Part shown: positions 11,601 through 22,089 of the stretch, one piece after another
Layout: every line of letters starts with the position of its first letter
Numbering within the stretch: the stretch's first letter is position 1
Assembly (NCBI RefSeq): GCF_021028975.2
Contig: NC_059425.1
Location: 23,994,001 to 24,058,000 of the forward strand
Direction: 5' to 3'
DNA from: Sphaerodactylus townsendi
Lineage: Eukaryota
Length of the DNA stretch: 64,000 bases
Notes under the pieces: generated by a model
The model's database searches: none
Told to the model about the DNA's origin: nothing
The model's input: only the letters and a program-made list of their open reading frames with translations
Translations under genes and position numbers: made by a program

Positions 11601-14600
11601 ATACAAATTTCTGTTGATGTTTACAGCCTGAATGCAGCGTGTGAACTGTTGGATATTTGGATGTTATAGACGTCGCATTCATTGTTGATTGTAATTTAGG
11701 TCATGTGACTAGGCCATGAAGGAAACTCATTTGCACATCTCCCATACTCCTTTGCCTTGCTACAAAAACTGAATGACTCCTGGCCTCTTAATCCCCCAGA
11801 TTCCTGGTGGCATTATTGAGGAGTCGTGTGTCCTACGTGGGGTCATGCTTAATAAAGATATCACTCACCCTCGCATGCGTCGCACCATCAAGAACCCTCG
11901 CATTATCTTGTTGGACTGCTCTTTGGAGTACAAGAAAGGAGAGAGTCAGGTATGTCTGCTGGAAAAATTGAGATTCATCAGGAATCGTCCACAGAGGTTC
12001 AAGTATGACTTGGGAACCGCATGGATCAGAAGCTTGTTTTGTATTTTAACTGGGGGAGATTACCCAGGAGTAAATTGTTACTTCTTTATGTAACCAGTTC
12101 AGCAACCTCCCATTTATTTCTGAGGTAGGGCTAGGGCCCCAGTGGTGGCGAACCTGTGGCACTCCAGATGTCCATGAACATCTGGAGTGCCATAGGTTCG
12201 CCACCATGGGGCTAGGCAAATAACTTCTGTTCTTGGTTCTTCCCAGTGGGAGAAAACACACAGCCCATGCCCACTGCAGTTCAAAGCAACAGGGCTTTTG
12301 GGAGCTCCAGCTTTGTGAACTTCCCAGGCATGCAGCTCAACCGGGACACTTGCTTTTATCTCCCACCACTTGGAGAACTTTCATCTTTTAAGTTGGCAGC
12401 AGTGCCAGCTTGTTGCACAGAGGCAACAATTATTCAGGCTAGCAACAAAAAGGAATGGAAGAAGCTTCTGTTGAAAAGATGCTTCAAAAAGAAGTCTATA
12501 AACTTGCCTTTCTAAAAACAAACAGAAAAGCTAAGCTTCTTAAGAAGCTGGACTTGGTCAGGACCGTTGGCATTCTTTTCATGCAGACGGACATTGAAAT
12601 CACCCGCGAGGAGGACTTTGCCCGCATCCTGCAGATGGAGGAGGAATTCGTTCAGCAGATTTGTGAGCACCTGATCAGAGTCAAGCCAGATCTCATCATC
12701 ACAGAAAAGGGCATCTCAGGTAAGCGTCCTGCCTACTCTGGAGGTATATATGAATGGGGCTACAAAACCTCTAACTTGTATGAGTGTCTGTGGTGCTTAA
12801 TGGGCTTTTCTCTTGACTTCAGACTTGGCCCAGCACTTTCTGATGAGAGCCAACATCACCGCCATCCGCCGAGTGAGAAAAACAGACAACAACAGGATTG
12901 CAAGGTGAGGCGAACTTGAGTTGCTGCTGGAACCCCTTTGACATTTTTGTAGTGTCATTCCTGAGGTGCTTTTGCATCTCTTGCATTTCATTCATTTGCA
13001 CTGGATTGATAAGAGGGCAGCTGATATAACCAGGGCAGAACAGGAGGGTGAAGAGTGCCAGATTTCCCATTTTCTCCCGTGTCTGTCAGCTGTCTAAATG
13101 AAATCTTCAGACTGATTGCTGCTTGGGCAAGTGTTTTTTAACTGTGGAGGAGTTTGGGAAGCATGATAGAGAGCCCAACAGAAACTTCTTAAAGCTTTCC
13201 TTCTGATGCCAGCTATTGAGGAAGAGCTGGCTGATGGTTTCAAAAACTCTATTGGAATTTCTGCAGTTATAAGCCAAAGAAGCCTCGTTGCCTAACGTAA
13301 CTGTAAATATTTCTGGAACTCGGCAGAGCAAGGAAATTGACAACCTGACAAGGAAATGGATTTTCAAAGTCATAAGAACATAAGAACTAGCCTGCTGGAT
13401 CAGACCAGAGTCCATCTAGTCCAGCACTCTGCTACTTGCAGTGGCCACCAGGTGCCTTTGGGAGCTCACGTGCAGGATGTGAAAGCAATGGCCTGCTGCT
13501 GCTGCTGCTCCTGAGCACCTGGTCTGCTAAGGCATTTGCAATCTGAGATCAAGGAGGATCAAGATTGGTAGCCATAGATTGACTTCTCCATAAATCTGTC
13601 CAAGCCCCTTTTAAAGCTAGCCAGGTTAGTGGCCATCACCACCTCCTGTGGCAGCATATTCCAAACACCAATCACACGTTGTGTGAAGAAGTGTTTCCTT
13701 TTATTAGTCCTAATTCTTCCCCCCAGCATTTTCAATGAATGCCCCCTGGTTCTAGTATTGTGAGAAAGAGAGAAAAAATTTTCTCTGTCAACATTTTCTA
13801 CCTCATGCATAATTTTATAGACTTCAATCATATCCCCCCTCAGACATCTCCTCTCCAAACTAAAGAGTCCCAAACGCTGCAGCCTCTCCTCATAAGGAAG
13901 GTGCTCCTTCAATCATCCTCGTTGCCCTTCTCTGCACTTTTTCTATTTCTTCGATATCCTTTTTGAGATGTGGCGACCAGAACTGAACACAGTACTCCAA
14001 GTGCGGTCGCACCACGGCTTTATATAAGGGCATGGCAATCCTTGCAGTTTTATTATCAACTCCTTTCCTAATTATCCCCAGCATAGAGTTTGCCTTTTTC
14101 ACAGCTTCCATGCATTGAGTTGACATTCCCATGGAACTATCAACTGAGACGCCCAAATCCCTTTCCTGGTCTGTGACTGATAGCACTGACCCCTGTAGCG
14201 TGTATGTGAAGTTTGGATTTTTTGCCCCTATGTGCATCACTTTGCATTTTGCTACATTGAACTGCATTTGCCATTTCTTAGCCCACTCACCTAATTTATC
14301 AAGGTCCACTTGGAGCTCTTCGCAATCCTTTGTGGTTCTCACCACCCTACATAATTTGGTATCATCTGCAAACTTGGCCACCACGCTACCCACCCCTACT
14401 TCCAGATCATTTATGAATAAGTTAAAGAGCAGTGGTCCCAAAACGGATCCTTGGGGGACACCACTCCCTACATCTCTCCATTGTGAGAACTTCCCATTTA
14501 CACCCACTTTTTGCTTCCTGTTTCTTAACCAGTTTTTAATCCATAGGAGGACTTCCCCTCTTATTCCTTCATTGCTGAGTTTTCTCTGGTGAGGAGACTA

Positions 14601-17600
14601 GCACTTCCATCTTTAGAATTGATCATTAGTGGTACCTTAGTGACAAAGTCTGTCTTTCAAGAAAGGAGTCTGTGTGTGTCCAGAATTGTAATTCTGTTGC
14701 TTCCAGGTTCAAACAGACCCTCAGCATGGGGGGGTGGGTCTTTTGTGTGGCAGGGCCTGCGGAGCTCGTATCGTCAGCCGTCCAGAAGAGTTGCGTGAAG
14801 AGGATGTGGGCACTGGGGCAGGGCTTTTTGAAGTGAAGAAAATCGGAGATGAATACTTCACCTTCATCATTGATTGCAAGGAGCCCAAGGCCTGCACCAT
14901 TATGCTTCGGGGTGCCAGCAAAGAGATCCTAGCAGTAAGTAAACTACAGGCTTTAGCCTTTTGAAAAATGAAATTTCTGGGGAAAGGTGGGTAATGGATT
15001 TTGACTGAGAGTGGGGGTGTTTTGGAGTTCTGATTTTAAAAGCATCCCCAAATCTGAGGGGGGCCTATCTTTGAATTAAAAAAATTAAAAACTAGTTCAG
15101 TGCTCTGTCCTATTTCAGGACGGCGTCCAGTACCTAAAGAAGTACTTTTCATGCAGCTGATAGGTCATGACATAGTTTAATTTTGAAAGGATTTGAAGAC
15201 GCATTGCATCTTTAACACCCAAAAAGTTTCTTTGGAACTGTTAATTAAGGAATAAAGGCTACCTGCCTTCAGTAGAGTCCAATTCCTAATTGGAAGAAGG
15301 CATTTGAAAAGGAAATAGTAGCTTAGTGGTAGATCATGTGTATTATATACTGAAGGGCCCAATTTCAGACCCTGTTTTATCCAATTAAGTGGTCTCAAGT
15401 AGCGGTTGAGGGGGTGTCTTACCCTGAAGCAATGGGAGGGACAGTACTGAGCTAGCTAGGTCAGGGGTAGGGAACCTGCGGCTCTCCAGATGTTCAGGAA
15501 CTACAATTCCCATCAGCCCCTACCAGCATGGCCAATTGGCCATGCTGACAGAGGCTGATGGGAATTGTAGTTCCTGAACATCTGGAGAGCCGCAGGTTCC
15601 CTACCCCTGACCTAGGTCAACTAGTTCTCTGACAATATATAAGCTAGCTTCACGTCCTCCTAAGAAACAATAAGAGGGCACTGACTCCTGCAGGGACCTA
15701 GCAGCTTCCTTTGGGTATGGGTGATATCTGTGATCACTCAGGCACTCCCACTACAGATTTGCATCCAGTGCTGAAGGGTGGGCAGAACTACCAGGAAGAG
15801 CCTGGTTGGAAGGTAACAAGGACAGAGCTGTGATTTATGCAGTGTAGCCAGCTTCCTCTGTGGGTAGGTAGACTTGATTTCATTAGTTAATATCTTGCAG
15901 CATGCTAGTAATTCTTTGAGCGTTTCCGTAGCTTGCTGTACCTTGTCCGTCCATGGTGCAAACTCTTTGCTCAAACCCTCCCTTCTTACAGGAGGTGGAG
16001 CGCAATCTCCACGATGCCATGCAAGTTTGCCGCAACGTCATGATAGACCCCCAGCTGGTGCCGGGAGGTGGTGCTTCCGAGATGGCCGTCGCTCATTACT
16101 TGACAGAGAAGTCAAAGGTCATGACTGGAGTGGAACAATGGCCCTACCGAGCTGCTGCCCAAGCCCTAGAAGTCATTCCTAGGACACTTATTCAGAACTG
16201 CGGTGCTAGCACCATTCGTGCACTCACTTCGCTACGGGTAAGGACCATGTTCGTGCTGCTCCACTATGGCTGCTGCTCTAATGTTCATACTTGGTGGGGC
16301 TGGCATGCCTGTCAGTCAACTCACTGGGTTTAAGTGTTTCAAATAGTCCTGGCTAGCCTGATCTTGTCAGATCTCAGAAGCTAAGCAGGGGGTCAGTCCT
16401 TTCAAGTATTTGGATGGGCGACCTCCAAGAGAGAACCAGGGTCATAATACGGAGGCAGGCAATGGCAAATCAACGCTGAATGTCTCTTGTCTTGAAAACC
16501 CTATGGGGGTCACTTAAGTCAGCTGTGACTTGATGGCAAAAAAAGTCAGGGTGGCAGCCAAAGAGAACAGTTTAGTGAATTGTTCACTTGTCTAACACTG
16601 GTCAGTTAATTTTTCATCATTACAGTTAACTGATTTGGTTTAGCCATTGCACCTACTGATAACCAAACTATGCTTCTTTTCTGGTAGATCATTTTAAAAT
16701 AATATCTGACAGTATTTGGTCAGTTAGATAGCAGGTACTCATTTGAACAGCAGTTTGCCAAGCCTTCTTTGACCAAATTTCTCTCCTTAGTGTATAAATA
16801 CAAACCGAACTAAATCTTAGCCTTTCAGTCACTCTTCCTGCTGCTGTTTGATGGATGTCTAAAATGGTCCCTGCGATGCCCACTCTTATTGCTTTACAAA
16901 TAAGTGTAATAGGTTCAAAATAATGTCTATTTATTCCTTTCTCTATATATATTCTGCTGTCACCAGGAATCTAATTCCCCACCCCTTTATTCTTTCATCT
17001 GAAGAAGTGTGTCCAAGGTTTAAAGCAGTTCAAAGGGCTATGTGGTCCTGAGGAAATTACTAGTGTGAGAATCCTGGTTACTTTTCACAAATTAAAACTT
17101 TATTTAAATATGTTCTGTAGCTTAAAAGTTTCAAAAAATAATTTACAATAAGTAAAACAAACTGAGGCAACAACTTCTGCTGAGGTGATGTTCACTTTAC
17201 ATCAGTCCGTTCTCTCCTTTTCATCTCTGAGACCATCATAGGATCTAACTCCTTTTCTGGCCTCTTAAAGGCCTGTTCCACATGGGCCAGAAAGACTGGC
17301 ATGGGGCCCGTAAAAACGCCGTTGTGGGGGGAACTTTGCACCGCTGCTGAAGCACAGCTGCAGCGGCATCCCCCCCCCCCCAACAACGGCATTTTTGTGA
17401 CTTGCTAGTTGAGCAAGTCTTTTTGAAAGCGGCATCTTCCCGCTAGCCCCATGCAAAGAACACTGGCGTGAGGGCATCGCTTTTAGGCACTGCCTATTGG
17501 TTTTGTTTTCCTACCTTTTCTTCCTTCCAGCTCTGGAGGGCGGGAGGGACATGCCCATGCTGAGTTGGAGGGCAGCGTGTGCATGTCCCTCCCGCCCTCT

Positions 17601-19867
17601 GGAGCTTCGGAGTGAAGAAAGGGTAGGAAAACAAAACAGACCGGAGGTGTCTCCGTGCAGAGCTGCCTCTGCTGCCTGCTGCTGCTTTGGGGCCACCCAC
17701 ACGGGCCCGTGCAAATGGTTCTGTGGCTTCACCGGCATGAATTATGCCGGTGGCCAGCTGCTTCTTCCGCCAGTGGGGAACAGGCCAAAGTTTCTACACA
17801 TTCTGACTCCGTTTAGTTCAGACTGACTCCCTGTCAGTCTCCAACAAAGACTGCTGTATCTGTCCCAAGTTATACACACGCTCTCTCACACACTCAGTCC
17901 TAGCTCAGACTGACACTCTCAAGTTCTGTACAAACTCTGATTTAGCTTAGCTCACACTGACCCTGTCAGTCTCCAGCACAGTCTGCTGTCTCTCCCCGAT
18001 TCACATGCACTCTCTGATTCTCTCTCAGTTCAGCACAGATTCTACTCAGTCACTCTCCAGTGTAAACCAATCACCACGCTCTTTCACCCCACTTTCCTAC
18101 TACAACTTACCTCTCAGTTTAAAGAAGCACACACATAATTTAAAATGTTATGTCCCTCCGTGCTAAGTACTGTCCATGGGATAGCCATGACAAGGGGGGA
18201 AGGGGGGGGGGAGAAATGAGAGTTACAGTGTGGATCTTAAGAACCCAGTTTCATTTTCAAAGCAAGCTGAGTGGGAGCAGAAGATGATTGAATGGGGTCC
18301 TTAAATTACCATACAGCTAGCATCTGATATTTTCTGTGTTTTGGAGGCAGGGGTGGGGGTGGGGGGATTGTTGGGCTTGAGCCGTCAGTGGAAATCAGCC
18401 CTTCTGGCATCTTAACATTCATTGCTTTCAACTCCTTACAGGCAAAACACACCCAGGAAGGCAGTCAGACCTGGGGGGTAAATGGGGAGACTGGAGCCTT
18501 GGTGGACATGAAAGAGCTGGGTATATGGGAGCCTTTGTCAGTCAAACTGCAGACGTACAAGACAGCTGTGGAGGTAAGGATATGCTGGAAGCATGAGGCT
18601 GTTGGGACTCTGGTAGAACCTGTGGCCAAGAGGGAGAAGATGTCAGTGTTGTCTTATTTTTCTCCAGTGCAATGTCAGTTCCTCTTTTTTTTAAAAAAAA
18701 ACAAACCCCTCCAACATCCTTCCTGTGTCTTCTTGTATTCTGAGGAAAGTGGGAGTGTTCTGTCCGAGAGGGGGCATCCAGGCTGGGCTACTTCTCCCAC
18801 TAAGAAAGCGGGGCAGTTCATGAGCCATGTTTGTGATTCCAGCCAAGGGGAGGAAGGTGCTCCCTGGTCTTGTTTTTCTCTGCAGTTAGACTATTTATGT
18901 TCTCTTTCAGGTTTGGTACCTTCTGCCATTCTAGTTTTTCTGATACAGCTACTTGCTTGCGCACCCACTCTCTTTCTGTGTAGCTAATAAACATGAGGAG
19001 CAAATACAGTATAACGTAGAATGGAAAGAAAGAAGTATTTGAACCGAACCATAGCTTTGATTCAAAATCCATAGAATTAAGCAAGGATCTAGCTCTCATG
19101 GAGTGGGAAGACCATTTGGAAGCAACAGCAGAGAGACAGAAGTGAACTAGGGAAACCAGAGTTCAGTTCACTTTCCTGCTGTGAAGCTTCCAGGTCCAAT
19201 TCTGTCCCTTGGTTAAACCTCCCTCCCAGTGTTGTAAAATGTGGCAGTGGAGTCAGTTTGTTAGATATGTATAGAGATCCACAAAATTGTTCCCCCCTAC
19301 CATTTTATTCTCCTAACAGGGCAGCTGTTAGACTAAGGCAGAGTCAGACTACCCTGTTTCCCTGAAAATAAGTCAGGGTCTGACATTAATTTTTGCTCCC
19401 AAAGATGTGTTAGGGCTTATTTTCAGGGGATGTCTTATTTTTTCCCATGATTTTGCGCCCCCCACATGACCAGATCAGCCACGTCGGGGAATCTGTAACT
19501 AGGGCTTATTTTTGGAGTAGGGCTTATAATTCAAGCATCCTCCAAAAATCCTGAAAAATCATGCTAGGGCTTATTTTCGGGGAAACAGAGTAGTAGGTTA
19601 GACTAAGGCAGAGTGACGGCCACAAGGTCACCCAGCCGGCTTCCACAGCATGAGGATTTGAGCCTTACAAACCCAGTCAGGGGATTGGAGTGGGATTTGT
19701 CTCTGCAAAATTCTCCTTTTGATCATTACCCCTTCCTTATTGTTCTTCCCCCTTCCATGCAGACTGCTGTCCTCCTCCTGCGTATTGATGACATTGTTTC
19801 GGGGCACAAGAAGAAAGGAGATGATCAAAATAAGCCGTCTGCAGCCCCAGAAGCAGCCCAAGACTAA
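2571..19867 (+). CDS. CCT3: T-complex protein 1 subunit gamma (CCT-gamma), 14 coding exons, 545 aa
   Basis: Exons 2571-2601, 5133-5194, 5856-5906, 6041-6103, 7562-7658, 9102-9219, 10485-10671, 11800-11949, 12587-12719, 12823-12904, 14754-14934, 15992-16237, 18442-18573, 19763-19867; all introns GT-AG; total 1638 nt, open; chaperonin motifs TNDGNAIL, GDGTTSV, VPGGGASE. Confidence 0.98.
5133..5194 (+). CDS. CCT3: CCT3 exon 2 (SQNTKRETGRKVQAGNINAAK)
   Basis: AG/GT boundaries, in frame. Confidence 0.96.
5856..5906 (+). CDS. CCT3: CCT3 exon 3 (TIADIIRTCLGPRAMMK)
   Basis: AG/GT boundaries, in frame. Confidence 0.96.
6041..6103 (+). CDS. CCT3: CCT3 exon 4 (MLLDPMGGIVMTNDGNAILRE)
   Basis: AG/GT boundaries, in frame. 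Confidence 0.96.
6165..6405 (+). mobile_element. Squam3-type SINE, shorter variant without the internal insertion
   Basis: GTGGTTAAGAGC head, core, L2-like tail. Confidence 0.8.
7562..7658 (+). CDS. CCT3: CCT3 exon 5 (IQVQHPAAK...GDGTTSVIIL)
   Basis: AG/GT boundaries, in frame. Confidence 0.96.
8081..8657 (+). mobile_element. Non-autonomous hAT transposon with GC-rich internal tandem units
   Basis: TIR CAGGGGTAGGGAACCT; 8-bp TSD TTCTAGGC (8073-8080, 8658-8665); 146-bp period (8255, 8401, 8547). Confidence 0.92.
9102..9219 (+). CDS. CCT3: CCT3 exon 6
   Basis: GEMLAVAEHFLEQQMHPTVIIGAYRKALDDMISALKKI; AG/GT boundaries. Confidence 0.96.
10485..10671 (+). CDS. CCT3: CCT3 exon 7
   Basis: TPVEVNNREAML...IDIKKYAKVEK; AG/GT boundaries (donor GTGCAA). 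Confidence 0.95.
11800..11949 (+). CDS. CCT3: CCT3 exon 8
   Basis: IPGGIIEESCVLRG...LEYKKGESQ. Confidence 0.96.
12140..12209. mobile_element. Collapsed palindromic hAT MITE
   Basis: TIR CAGTGGTGGCGAACC / GGTTCGCCACCATGG; core CTCCAGATGT...ACATCTGGAG; GGCTAGG flanks. Confidence 0.8.
12587..12719 (+). CDS. CCT3: CCT3 exon 9
   Basis: TDIEITREEDFARILQMEEE...TEKGIS. Confidence 0.96.
12823..12904 (+). CDS. CCT3: CCT3 exon 10
   Basis: DLAQHFLMRANITAIRRVRKTDNNRIA. Confidence 0.96.
13371..14590 (-). mobile_element. CR1 LINE, 5'-truncated, frameshifted RT C-terminus plus 3'UTR
   Basis: ORFs 13890-14507 (GVPQGSVLGPLLF, FADD) and 13559-13912 (YEERLQRLGLFSLE); (TTCTTATG)n tail. Confidence 0.95.
14754..14934 (+). 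CDS. CCT3: CCT3 exon 11
   Basis: ACGARIVSRPEELREEDVG...LRGASKEILA. Confidence 0.96.
15462..15609. mobile_element. Full palindromic hAT MITE (148 bp)
   Basis: Near-perfect palindrome centred on GGCCAATTGGCC; TIR CAGGGGTAGGGAACCTGCGGCT; TSD AGCTAGGT/ACCTAGGT. Confidence 0.92.
15992..16237 (+). CDS. CCT3: CCT3 exon 12
   Basis: EVERNLHDAMQV...IRALTSLR. Confidence 0.96.
16345..16544 (+). mobile_element. 5S rRNA-derived SINE with RTE/Bov-B-like tail (5S-Sauria-like)
   Basis: GCCTGATCTTGTCAGATCTCAGAAGCTAAGCAGGG...AGTATTTGGATGGGCGACC matches the 5S internal promoter region; tail GGCAATGGCAAA...GACTTGATGGCA(A)n. Confidence 0.85.
17270..17786. mobile_element. PIF/Harbinger-like MITE
   Basis: TIR GGCCTGTTCC / GGAACAGGCC with short A-rich TSD. 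Confidence 0.6.
18442..18573 (+). CDS. CCT3: CCT3 exon 13
   Basis: AKHTQEGSQTWGVNGETG...QTYKTAVE. Confidence 0.96.
19352..19590. mobile_element. Tc1/mariner (Tigger-like) MITE
   Basis: TIR CCCTGTTTCCCTGAAAATAAG / CTTATTTTCGGGGAAACAGAG; TA TSD. Confidence 0.8.
19763..19867 (+). CDS. CCT3: CCT3 exon 14 (coding part)
   Basis: TAVLLLRIDDIVSGHKKKGDDQNKPSAAPEAAQD*. Confidence 0.96.
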   Translation, partial: TAVLLLRIDDIVSGHKKKGDDQNKPSAAPEAAQD

Positions 19868-20120
19868 CTCTGCAGGTTTAGGAAGCCTCTAAGGGAAAGC
19901 CACGCACCTTGGATTGCAGGATATGGAAGCAACCTGAACCACGTTCCAACTGCTGCTTTCCTTCTCCACTCTCAGTTCAGGTGCAGTCAGAGTCCAAGTT
20001 TGTTCAAAGTTGGCCAGGGAAAAGCGGGATTGCTGACCATGTGTGAGCTCCCCCTGTTCTGTTAAGGAGACACTGACGCTTTATTTAAGGTATATACTGT
20101 AGCTTCTTCGTGGCTTTGAT

Positions 20121-20126
20121 AATAAA
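20121..20126 (+). terminator. CCT3: CCT3 polyadenylation signal
   Basis: AATAAA about 250 nt after the stop, T/GT-rich downstream. Confidence 0.75.
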
Positions 20127-20847
20127 AACGTCACTTCACGTTCATGGCTTAGATCTAATTCATTTACCCTATAACTCCATCGTGTTTTTTCTCCTTGGGT
20201 GAGCTGAAGTACAGCTATGGTTAGGGTCATTTGCTATACTGCAGCAGTAAATGCAGGTTTGTAACAAGATACTGCAGCCCTTAGGGGATTATGTTCAGTC
20301 ATTGGTTATCTGTACGATGCAACTGTTTGCAAACATCTGACCCATACATTCACTTGTTGCTATATGCTTTTCAAAGCGTTCAGGCACATATTATCTCAGG
20401 GGTCCCTGAGTCTGTTGAGCCTGTGGGAATTTTGAGAACAGATGGCGAGTGCCACAGTAGAAGGGCGGCTACTAAGTAGGTGGGGCCAATCTAAATCCTC
20501 CAATTGCAAAACTAAAGGATTGCACCAATTCTAGGAGGTTCTAAGCCCAGTCTCCTCCTCTGATGGAGGCAGTTGTTTCCAAATGGGTGCCCTCTCTGCA
20601 GTCACAGAGGTGACGCTCTTTTCTTTTTTTGACCCATCTCTTGTAGTGGAGGAAACTGACTGTAAGCTTTGGGGAAGAAGCAACTGGGTGCTTGGAAACG
20701 TATAGATACTCACGGGCACCATATTGAGGATCACTGCATTGTCTTGTCATGCAATTCAGTATCTATGCTTTAAAAATGCATTGGATGCCCAAAGCTAAAC
20801 TATGTAATAGATACAAAGGGGCTCAAATCAGGGCAGTGAGCACCTTC

Positions 20848-21182
20848 CAGTGGCGTAGTGGCTAAGAGCAGCAGTGGCGTAGTGGCTAAGAGCAGGGGCT
20901 GAGAGCAGGTGCACTCTGATCTGGTGGAACCGAGTTTGATTCCCTGCTCTGCCGCTTGAGTTGTGGAGGCTTATCTGGGGAATTCAGATTAGCCTGTACA
21001 CTTCCACACACGCCAGCTGGGTGACCTTGGGCTAGTCACAGCTTCTCGGAGCTCTCTCAGCCTCACCCACCTCACAGGGTGTTTGTTGTGAGGGGGGAAG
21101 GGCAAGGAGATTGTAAGCCCCTTTGAGTCTCCTACAGGAGAGAAAGAGGGGATATAAATCCAAACTCTTCTTCTTCTTCTTC
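20848..21182 (+). mobile_element. Squam3-type SINE with tandem-duplicated 5' head
   Basis: (CAGTGGCGTAGTGGCTAAGAGCAG)x2, B-box, core, (CTT)n tail. Confidence 0.85.
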
Positions 21183-22089
21183 CCCCATGTTGCCATCTCC
21201 CTCTACAGGTCCCTTCATATCAAATTTACCTGCTTTTGTGGGTTGTCAAGCTGAAAACACAGTCAATGCCAATCAAAATTCCTAAGCTCTTAAAATTACT
21301 ATTATGAACAAAGGACTAAACACACGTGCTTACAAACTTAAAATCAATATAAAAGGAAAAGTAATGGAACTGACGGCAGTCGTGGTGAGGAAGCAATTAT
21401 TTTAACACTCTTGACATACAAGGCTTGTTACATGTACAGGGCAGCTGTGTAGTGCCTTGTTTATTGAGAAACCCAAGACTGGTTGGCACAAAGTGGGGGG
21501 AATCCTTATGATGCTCTGTGCCCATCTCCAGTACAGCTCAAGGGGAAAACTTTAAGATTGGTGCCTGCTGCCTTGAGCCGCTTAAACTAAAAGGTGTCTT
21601 ATAGAGTCAAAGGGAGACAGCTTTTGAGGATTTGAATTTGTCTTCAGCCACAAGAGATGAAATATGTACTCTGACTTCTATCTTTATCGTGCCTGTTTCC
21701 ATAGAGTTGGAAACACACTTGGGTATTTGGAGAATAGTTCTAAGAAACTTGGATTGTACCCGCTGCACAGCTGCAAAACAAGAAGCTGGTGGTCCCAAGC
21801 GAGAGCCACACAGAAGCTCTGCTTGTGTCTTTACTTGAAACAGGAATGTAGCATGTGTGTCCCCTCCCTGGAGTACAGTTATTCCTTTGTGTCTTGGGAA
21901 AGGTGGCTGAAGAATTTGGAAAGGCCTTTGTTTACCAGACTATATGATCACACACTTCATCCTGTCTCCTAAAAGAGATTCCTTTGGTTTATAATGTGCT
22001 ACTGTATTTAAATATTAGCTGGTTAAAAGATTACCAACTTCAGTGCTGCCAGTGCAATGAAAGTCCTCTTTTCTTCTTTAAGAAACATA

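Noticed and set aside
16345-16450. 5S rRNA gene
   Set aside because: Diverged, lacks the 5S ends and terminator, and is fused to a LINE tail, so it is a SINE
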